Part shown: positions 57,541 to 64,000 of the stretch, one piece after another
How positions within the stretch are numbered: the stretch's first letter is position 1
Layout: each line of letters starts with the position of its first letter
NCBI GenBank assembly: GCA_964514975.1
Contig: CAZESS010000010.1
Span: 1 to 64,000 of the forward strand
Source: an uncultured Thermoplasmatales archaeon
Lineage (GTDB): Archaea; Thermoplasmatota; E2; UBA202; DSCA01
DNA: 64,000 nucleotides
Reading direction: 5' to 3'
Made by a program: the position numbers and the translations under genes
Notes under the pieces: generated by a model
The model's database searches: none
Told to the model about the DNA's origin: nothing
The model's input: only the letters and a program-made list of their open reading frames with translations

Positions 57541-59046
57541 GTGCCGCGCGGCAAAAGCGGCATTAGAGTGGCGACGGAGCGGCAGGAAAACCACATCCGG
57601 GATATCGCCCGCCAGCTGAAAAACGATCCGTTGATGGTGCTCCCCGAATGCCGGGGTGACTGCCGGCGCTGCCAGTTCAAGGGCATCCGCAAAAAGCTGG
57701 AGAAGCTCCAGGACGCCGACGATGACACCCTGAAAAAATATGCCTCGAAAAAAGATTTTTTCTCGAAGGACCTGGCGGCAGCCGTCGCGGCGACGATGCT
57801 GCTCGCCGACGCGGACGACATCCCCTACCTGGCAGCCAAGGACATCAGCGGCAGCACCTATGTCTACGCGAAGCGTGGCGAAGCGGACGAGGAAAAACTG
57901 CTGGCGGTGCAAAACTATGACGACCCACATCTGCGCCTGCTGACCGTGATGGACCAGGCGGCGAAAAACGACCTGTATCTATACTCCATGGAGGACGGCA
58001 TGGTCTGCATCGAGGGCGACCCGTCGCCGCCCGACCACTTTGTATCCTTCGTCCTGCAGCGCCTCGGTCTCACCCGGACCGGCTGCAAACACAATGCCAC
58101 GCCGGCGCTGGTCATCGACTGGCAGCCCGCCGATGTCACCCTGCACATCTGCGAGCGCTGCGCCTCGGACAGGAACACCATCGCCATGCTCACCCGGTAT
58201 TTTTTTGCGCCGGACATCGAAACGATTTTTTCGGTGGACGTCGAGGGCGGCGTGGTGGAATGCGGCCATCAGTGCGACACATGCCCCGTCGACATGGTTG
58301 ACAGCGAGCTGGACGACGACCTCTACATGGCGGGGCAGATGAGCGACGCCGCGTTCATCGAAAACTGGCGGAAAACCGTCCGCTGGAACATCGAAGCGCT
58401 CGACGAGCCCGTGTTCGTGCTCGACGGCATCTGCCTGGGCACCAGCGTCGATGCGGCAATCGAGCATCTCTCGCCACAGAAATGGGAGGAACAGGCGCTC
58501 CGGTTTCTGCTCGAGCGGGCAACCAGGCCGCTCGTCCTTGACGACGCGACCCCCAACGCTGTCATCGCCGCGTTCTGGAATGGCCATGCCGAAACGGTGG
58601 TACAGCAGATCGCGGGCGACGAGGGAGTCCGCATTTTGCGCCAGCATGACAGCAAGTATACCCCGGCGGAGATACTTGAACGGGTACATGAGGCGGCGCG
58701 GCGGCAGCAGGCGCTGGCGGCGCTGCCCTCCTACGATGGTTTGCCGGCGCTGGCATCGTTTGCGGATGGCGTCGCCCGGACCTATCGCAGCGACGGCGTT
58801 GCGGAGGCGGTGAAGGTCATCCAGCGGAAGGACATGGATTTCAAGCACAAGGCGGTCGCCTACGCGTTTTTGATGGCGATGGACAAGGCGGCGGGGGAGG
58901 GATGGAAATACAGCGATGCGGAGCGGGAGTTCGGCGAGCATCTCGCCGGGCACGCCGAGCAGCTGTTATCCAGCGAGGGCGATGCATATGGCGAGGCGTT
59001 GCAGGCGATGCTGCGGGCGACCGGTTCGACGGAAATCATCGGGTGA
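57541..59046 (+). CDS. Conserved hypothetical Cys-rich protein
   Basis: Long ORF with host-like codon usage and motifs CxxxCxxC, CxxC, CxxxCxxC. Start uncertain (GTG 57541). Confidence 0.8.
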   Translation: MPRGKSGIRVATERQENHIRDIARQLKNDPLMVLPECRGDCRRCQFKGIRKKLEKLQDADDDTLKKYASKKDFFSKDLAAAVAATMLLADADDIPYLAAKDISGSTYVYAKRGEADEEKLLAVQNYDDPHLRLLTVMDQAAKNDLYLYSMEDGMVCIEGDPSPPDHFVSFVLQRLGLTRTGCKHNATPALVIDWQPADVTLHICERCASDRNTIAMLTRYFFAPDIETIFSVDVEGGVVECGHQCDTCPVDMVDSELDDDLYMAGQMSDAAFIENWRKTVRWNIEALDEPVFVLDGICLGTSVDAAIEHLSPQKWEEQALRFLLERATRPLVLDDATPNAVIAAFWNGHAETVVQQIAGDEGVRILRQHDSKYTPAEILERVHEAARRQQALAALPSYDGLPALASFADGVARTYRSDGVAEAVKVIQRKDMDFKHKAVAYAFLMAMDKAAGEGWKYSDAEREFGEHLAGHAEQLLSSEGDAYGEALQAMLRATGSTEIIG

Positions 59047-59048
59047 CC

Positions 59049-59456
59049 ATGCCCGCCGAGCGGTCATGCGGCGCCGTGATTTTCCATAATGATAGCTATC
59101 TGCTCCTCCGATATGGCTGGGGGCACTGGGGGTTCGTGAAGGGCCATGTCGAGCCCGGCGAGGACGAACGGATGACGGTGCTCCGGGAGGCCGAGGAGGA
59201 GACGGGGCTGACCCCCGGGCAGCTCTCCTTCGTGGAGGGATTCCGGGAGACCATCAGCTATTTTTACAAAAAAAATGGCAGCACCATCTACAAGGAGGTC
59301 GTCTATTTTCTGGCCGAGAGCACGTCACGGGAGATAACGCTGTCACATGAGCACACCGACCACGCCTGGCTCACCTACGAGGATGCACAGGAACAGCTCA
59401 CCTATGACAACGCCAAAACGGTGCTCAAGCGGGCGGAGCGGCAGCGCACCAAATAA
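59049..59456 (+). CDS. NUDIX hydrolase (Ap4A hydrolase-like)
   Basis: 'SCGAV', Nudix box 'KGHVEPGE...T..REAEEETG', 'LSHEH....W'. Confidence 0.92.
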   Translation: MPAERSCGAVIFHNDSYLLLRYGWGHWGFVKGHVEPGEDERMTVLREAEEETGLTPGQLSFVEGFRETISYFYKKNGSTIYKEVVYFLAESTSREITLSHEHTDHAWLTYEDAQEQLTYDNAKTVLKRAERQRTK

Positions 59457-59484
59457 CTTATAGCCCGACGGAGATGTCCTTTTC

Positions 59485-60549
59485 ATGCGCCTCATCGAAT
59501 GGCGGGGCAAACAATTGCTCCGGCACTATGGCATCCCGACTCCCAGCGGCAGCCTGGCTGCATCACCCGGCGACGTCGACGGGATATCGCTGCCGTTGCC
59601 CTGGATGCTGAAGGCACAGGTACCCATCGGCGGGCGCGGCAACGCCGGGGGGGTCGTCCGCGCCGACAGCCGCGAGGAGGCACGGGAGGGCATGGCACGC
59701 CTGCTCGACAAAACCCTGCATGGCTTTCCCGTCCAGGAGGTGCTCGTCGAGGAACACCTGGCCCATGACGATGAACGATATCTGGCCGTCACCGTCGACC
59801 GGGAGCGCCGCCTGCCCCTGCTGCTCTACGGCCGGCAGGGCGGCGTCGACGTCGAACGCCAGGGCGAGGTGCTCCGGCTGCCGGTGCATCCGCTGGCCGG
59901 GCTGCAGCCCTACCAGCTCAGGCAGCTCGGCGACGTTGCCGATGTGGCCCGGCATCTCTACCGGCTGTTCCGGTCATGTGACACCCGGCTGGCCGAGATA
60001 AACCCGCTCACCATCATGGACGGCAATCCGGTTGCGCTCGACGCGAAAATCGAGATCGATGACAGCGCTCTCTTCCGGCAGGACGAGCTCCCCCGGGACG
60101 ACCCTGCGCTCACCGACCTGGAGCGGGAGGCACGCGACGCCGGCCTGGCCTTCATAGAGCTCAACGGCAACATCGGGGTCATCGCCAACGGCGCCGGGCT
60201 CACCATGGCGACGCTTGACGCGCTGGAGCGCTACGGCGGCCGTGGCATGTTTCTGGACCTGTCGGGGACGGACAGCGCCGCCAGGGTGAAACAGGCGTTT
60301 GAGATACTGTGCAGGGCATCTCCGGACGTTGTCTTTGTCAACCTGTTCGGCGGTATCACGAAATGTGACACTGTGGCCCAAGGTATCCTTGATGCGCTCG
60401 ACGAGACGGGGATGGATGTACCCGTTGTGGCCCGCATCCGCGGCACCAACGAGGAACGGGCGGCGGAGATGCTCGCGGGCAGGGTCGTCATGGTTCCCTC
60501 GTTTCAGGAGGCTGCACGGACGGCTGCCGAGCTGGGGAGACATCCATGA
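59485..60549 (+). CDS. sucC: Succinyl-CoA (acyl-CoA) ligase beta subunit
   Basis: 'KAQV..GGRG.AGG', 'EINPL', 'NGAGL.MAT.D', 'N.FGGIT.CD', 'GTN'. Confidence 0.92.
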   Translation: MRLIEWRGKQLLRHYGIPTPSGSLAASPGDVDGISLPLPWMLKAQVPIGGRGNAGGVVRADSREEAREGMARLLDKTLHGFPVQEVLVEEHLAHDDERYLAVTVDRERRLPLLLYGRQGGVDVERQGEVLRLPVHPLAGLQPYQLRQLGDVADVARHLYRLFRSCDTRLAEINPLTIMDGNPVALDAKIEIDDSALFRQDELPRDDPALTDLEREARDAGLAFIELNGNIGVIANGAGLTMATLDALERYGGRGMFLDLSGTDSAARVKQAFEILCRASPDVVFVNLFGGITKCDTVAQGILDALDETGMDVPVVARIRGTNEERAAEMLAGRVVMVPSFQEAARTAAELGRHP

Positions 60550-61430
60550 GCATCCTCGTCGACGGGGAAACCAGGGTCGTGGTGCAGGGGGCGACGGGCT
60601 ACCAGGGCCGCTATCATGTCCGGGCGATGCAGGCGTTTGGCAGCACGGTCGTTGCCGGTGTTACCCCTGGCAGAGGCGGGGACAGGGTGCACGGGGTACC
60701 CGTGTACGACGTGGTGCGGGAGAGCATGGTGCATGAGCCGGATGCGTCGCTGGTGCTGGTGCCCGCCCCCCATGCCCGTGATGCGGTTTTTGAGGCGCTT
60801 GATGCGGGCGTCGGGCTCGTCGTCGTTGTCACGGACGGCGTCCCGCTGCATGACGCGGTGGACATGGTGCAGTATGCCCGGTGCTGCAATGCCACGCTCA
60901 TCGGCCCCAACTGTCCCGGCGTGGCATGCCCGGGCAGCGCGAAGGTTGGTATTATCCCCAACTGGCTGTTTTCCCGGGGCTCCATCGGCGTGGTGTCGCG
61001 CTCGGGCACGCTGACCTACGAGGTGGTGTATGCGCTGAGCGAGGCCGGGCTGGGCCAGTCATCGGTGGTGGGGCTGGGCGGCGACCCGGTCGTCGGCACC
61101 ACGTTTACGGAGGCGCTCGCCTGGTTTGACGATGACCCGGAGACGATGGCGGTGGTGCTGGTCGGCGAGATCGGCGGGACGATGGAGCAACGGGCCGCCT
61201 CATTTATTGCCGGGGAGATGGAGACGCCGGTGTATGGCTATGTCGCGGGTCGTGCTGCACCATCTGGCCGGCGGATGGGACATGCCGGCGCCATCGTGTC
61301 CGACGGGAGCGAGCATGCAGCGGCGAAGATAGCGGCGCTGGAGGCTGCAGGGGTGACGATGGCGGCGTTTCCGCATGATCTGCCGGAGCTGATACGGCGC
61401 GACGGGCTGCCGGAGAGCACCGTGGATTGA
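60546..61430 (+). CDS. sucD: Succinyl-CoA (acyl-CoA) ligase alpha subunit
   Basis: 'VQGATG', 'GPNCPG', 'SRSGTLTYE', 'GEIGG', 'RMGHAGA'. Confidence 0.94.
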   Translation: MSILVDGETRVVVQGATGYQGRYHVRAMQAFGSTVVAGVTPGRGGDRVHGVPVYDVVRESMVHEPDASLVLVPAPHARDAVFEALDAGVGLVVVVTDGVPLHDAVDMVQYARCCNATLIGPNCPGVACPGSAKVGIIPNWLFSRGSIGVVSRSGTLTYEVVYALSEAGLGQSSVVGLGGDPVVGTTFTEALAWFDDDPETMAVVLVGEIGGTMEQRAASFIAGEMETPVYGYVAGRAAPSGRRMGHAGAIVSDGSEHAAAKIAALEAAGVTMAAFPHDLPELIRRDGLPESTVD

Positions 61431-61492
61431 TGGCGGATAATGGGCGGCGATGACGGAAAAGCTTTTAGGAGCATGGGGCTTACAGGTGCGAG

Positions 61493-61565
61493 GGGCCCGT
61501 AGGGTAGCTTGGCATCCTTCAGGCTTTGGGAGCCTGTGACTCGAGTTCAAATCTCGACGGGCCCA
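61493..61565 (+). tRNA. tRNA-Pro (anticodon TGG), no intron, CCA not encoded
   Basis: Acceptor GGGCCCG/CGGGCCC, anticodon arm CAGGC-TTTGGGA-GCCTG, T arm TCGAG-TTCAAAT-CTCGA, followed by a T-rich tract. Confidence 0.96.
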
Positions 61566-61641
61566 TCCCTCTTTTTGCTTCTCGTGGCCTGTGAATGGTG
61601 CCGGTATAGCGGCGGGATAACGTTTTTATACCGGCGTGACT

Positions 61642-61652
61642 TAACAATTGTT
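61642..61652. promoter_or_regulatory. Palindromic operator-like site TAACAATTGTT (copy 1)
   Basis: 11 bp downstream of TTTTATA; repeated before nadA. Confidence 0.65.
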
Positions 61653-61662
61653 GGTGATAGCG

Positions 61663-61815
61663 ATGAAGGTCTATCTCTGTGGAGAAAAGGGCTGTTGCCC
61701 CAGCGTGGAGGTCACGGATGCCGGTGTGACCATCGGCGAGCACGACAACACCTGTACGCTGACGCGGGAGCAATTCAACAGCCTGAAACACAAAATCAAG
61801 GCCGGCGAACTGTAG
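61663..61815 (+). CDS. Small Cys-rich protein (50 aa), absent from the ORF track
   Basis: MKVYLCGEKGCCPSVEVTDAGVTIGEHDNTCTLTREQFNSLKHKIKAGEL*. GGTGAT SD, TATA at 61624-61630, T-rich tract after the stop. Confidence 0.8.
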   Translation: MKVYLCGEKGCCPSVEVTDAGVTIGEHDNTCTLTREQFNSLKHKIKAGEL

Positions 61816-61876
61816 GCCGGTACTTTTCCCTTTTTATTTTTTTGGCCACCGCAACAGTTTTATACATCCGGCTAAA

Positions 61877-61888
61877 TAACAATTGTTA
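61877..61888. promoter_or_regulatory. Palindromic operator-like site TAACAATTGTTA (copy 2)
   Basis: 12 bp downstream of TTTTATA, just before the nadA ATG. Confidence 0.65.
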
Positions 61889-61891
61889 AAA

Positions 61892-62794
61892 ATGGATGCG
61901 CAGTTGAAGCAGTACAAGGAACAGCACAACGCCGACATCCTCGCCCACAACTACCAGCGGCCCGACGTGCAGGACGCGGCCGATTACGTCGGCGACTCCC
62001 TCAGCCTGGCCACACGAGCAACAGAGGCGGATGCAGACGTCATCGTGTTCTGCGGCGTCGACTTCATGGCCGAAACCGCCGCGATACTCAACCCGAACAA
62101 AACAGTTGTACATCCGAATGAAGCGGCGAGGTGTCCGATGGCAGCCATGGTTGACGCAGACGGGCTGCAGGCATTGAAAGATGAACACCCGGAGGCAGCC
62201 GTCGCAACATACGTGAACACCACCGCCGAGGTCAAGGCAGCCAGCGACATCTGCTGCACCTCCTCCAACGCGGTCAAGGTCATCAAGAGCCTTCCCGAGC
62301 GCGACGTCATCTTCGTACCCGACGAAAACCTCGGCCGGTACCTCAGGCGCCTCCTGCCCGAAAAGCGTCTCATCCTGTGGCCCGGCGTCTGCCCGACGCA
62401 TGACAAGATAACAGCAGCAGACATCACGGCGCTGCAGCACGAACATCCCGCGGCGGAAACCATGGTGCATCCCGAATGCCGGCCGGAAGTGATAGACCTC
62501 GCCGACCAGGTGCTCTCAACGGGCGGGATGATCCGCCATGTCCGGAAGAGCGACGGCACCGAGTTCATCGTCGGCACCGAAAAAGAGCTCTGCCACCGCC
62601 TGTCCACGGAAAGCCCGGACAAGCATTTTTACCCCGTCAAAAAGGCGAGATGTCCGAACATGAAAAAGATAACGATGGAAAAAGTTTTAAAAAGCATGGC
62701 GACGTTATCCCCCACGGTTTCCCTGTCCGAGCGCATAATGACGGAGGCACGCCGACCTCTTCGGCGGATGATGGACACGGGACGAGGCGATTGA
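61892..62794 (+). CDS. nadA: Quinolinate synthase A
   Basis: 'LAHNYQ', 'GDSL', 'FCGVDFMAETA', 'CPMA', 'CTSSNA', 'HPEC', 'CPNMK'. Confidence 0.96.
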   Translation: MDAQLKQYKEQHNADILAHNYQRPDVQDAADYVGDSLSLATRATEADADVIVFCGVDFMAETAAILNPNKTVVHPNEAARCPMAAMVDADGLQALKDEHPEAAVATYVNTTAEVKAASDICCTSSNAVKVIKSLPERDVIFVPDENLGRYLRRLLPEKRLILWPGVCPTHDKITAADITALQHEHPAAETMVHPECRPEVIDLADQVLSTGGMIRHVRKSDGTEFIVGTEKELCHRLSTESPDKHFYPVKKARCPNMKKITMEKVLKSMATLSPTVSLSERIMTEARRPLRRMMDTGRGD

Positions 62795-62795
62795 G

Positions 62796-63956
62796 ATGAA
62801 ACGCATATATCTCGACCACGCGGCAACAACGCCGGTTGACCCCGACGTGCTGGACGCCATGCTCCCCTATTTCACCGAAACATACGGCAACGCGTCCTCA
62901 CTGCACAGCGAGGGCACCGAAGCGAAAGAAGCGCTGGAGCAAAGCCGGGAGCAGGTCGCCGGGCTCGTCGGCGCCGACAGCAGCGAAATCGTCTTCACGG
63001 GAAGCGGCACCGAAAGCGACAACCTCGCCGTCATGGGCACCGCGATGCGGCATGGCAGCGGCCACATCATCACCAGCCAGATAGAACACCCGGCGGTGCT
63101 GCGCACCTGCGAACATCTGGAAAAACAGGGCTTCGACATATCCTATCTTCCCGTCGACGAACACGGCATGGTGAACCCGGCCGATGTCGGCGCGGCGATA
63201 CAGGACGACACCGTCCTCGTCAGCGTGATGCACGCCAACAACGAAATCGGAACCGTCGAGCCGCTTCGGGAGATAACGAGCGTCGCCCATGACCATGACG
63301 TGCCGGTGCACACCGACGCGGTGCAGACAGTCGGCAAGATACCGGTCGACGTGGACGACCTCCATGTCGACATGCTGTCCCTGTCAGCCCACAAGATATA
63401 CGGGCCAAAGGGAGTCGGCGCGCTCTACATCCGCGAAGGCAGCAGCACGCCGGAGGCCCTGTTCCACGGCGGCGGCCACGAACACGGGCTGCGCTCCTCC
63501 ACCGAAAACATCCCGGGCATCGTCGGCCTCGGCATGGCATGCCGGCTCGCCGGCGAGCGCACGGAAAAAGACCATGAGCACATGCGAACGCTCCGCGACC
63601 GGCTGATACAGGAGGTGCTCGACATCGAGGAATCATATCTCAACGGGCATCCCACCAGGCGGCTGCCGAACCACGCGCATTTTCGTTTTACCGCGGTCGA
63701 GGGCGAATCACTGCTGCTGAGCCTTGACGAGGAGGGAATCGCGGCCTCAACCGGCTCGGCATGCTCCTCGAAAAAGCTGCAGGCCTCGCACGTCCTGCTG
63801 GCCATCGGGCTGGACGAGGTCGAAGCGCACGGCTCGCTCCGGCTGACGCTGGGCAGGAACACCACGCGCGACGACATCGATTACGTGCTCGAGGTGCTGC
63901 CTGGCATCGTAACGCGGCTGCGGCAGATGTCACCGCTCTGGGAGGAAACGACATGA
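62796..63956 (+). CDS. iscS: Cysteine desulfurase (IscS/NifS)
   Basis: 'YLDHAATT', 'HTDAVQ', 'SAHK.YGPKG', 'STGSACSS'. Confidence 0.96.
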   Translation: MKRIYLDHAATTPVDPDVLDAMLPYFTETYGNASSLHSEGTEAKEALEQSREQVAGLVGADSSEIVFTGSGTESDNLAVMGTAMRHGSGHIITSQIEHPAVLRTCEHLEKQGFDISYLPVDEHGMVNPADVGAAIQDDTVLVSVMHANNEIGTVEPLREITSVAHDHDVPVHTDAVQTVGKIPVDVDDLHVDMLSLSAHKIYGPKGVGALYIREGSSTPEALFHGGGHEHGLRSSTENIPGIVGLGMACRLAGERTEKDHEHMRTLRDRLIQEVLDIEESYLNGHPTRRLPNHAHFRFTAVEGESLLLSLDEEGIAASTGSACSSKKLQASHVLLAIGLDEVEAHGSLRLTLGRNTTRDDIDYVLEVLPGIVTRLRQMSPLWEETT

Positions 63957-64000
63957 GCATGTACACCGACAGGGTGATGGAGCACTTCCGCAACCCACGG
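63953..64000 (+). CDS. iscU: Fe-S scaffold IscU/NifU (partial, runs off the window)
   Basis: 'MSMYTDRVMEHFRNPR'; ATGA overlap with iscS. Confidence 0.88.
   Translation, partial: MSMYTDRVMEHFRNPR

Noticed and set aside
61509-61889. 126-aa ORF or a structured ncRNA (RNase P/SRP) after sucD
   Set aside because: The region is explained by tRNA-Pro and the 50-aa ORF. No RNase P or SRP consensus motifs were seen.

Overview
Archaeal chromosomal DNA with generally high GC. The gene content (A/V-type ATP synthase, archaeal GluRS, IPK/IDI-2, secreted FG-GAP and Ca-binding peptidase proteins, UPF0147) fits a Thermoplasmatota-like euryarchaeon; this taxonomy is an inference. In order, the window holds: a complete atpHIKECFABD operon with a V-type-like, probably Na+-binding, duplicated c subunit; an acdBA-AMMECR1-radical SAM-FeS run; an RHH-PAS-PAS regulator divergent from an AcnX-ipk-fni-idsA isoprenoid operon; gltX, hemK and glnA; a partly decayed toxin-antitoxin island (26.5-31.6 kb); glmU-glmS-glmM-glmU; a surface-glycan locus of about 17 kb (37.3-54.1 kb); a second TA cluster (54.3-57.4 kb); sucCD; tRNA-Pro(TGG); an unannotated 50-aa Cys-rich ORF; and nadA-iscS-iscU (cut by the window end). 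The best candidate for an undescribed system is the glycan locus. It pairs a sulfite source (Fe-S type APS reductase plus thioredoxin) with two C-sulfonate-forming enzymes (UDP-sulfoquinovose synthase with an extra Cys-rich N-terminal domain, and a methanogen-type cysteate synthase). It also encodes an AsnB-like amide ligase lacking the glutaminase Cys, an MDH-like dehydrogenase, a sulfotransferase, an AlkP-family enzyme, a flippase and several glycosyltransferases. Together these suggest a sulfonated or cysteate-decorated archaeal surface glycan. All family calls come from motif recognition by eye; no database searches were run.
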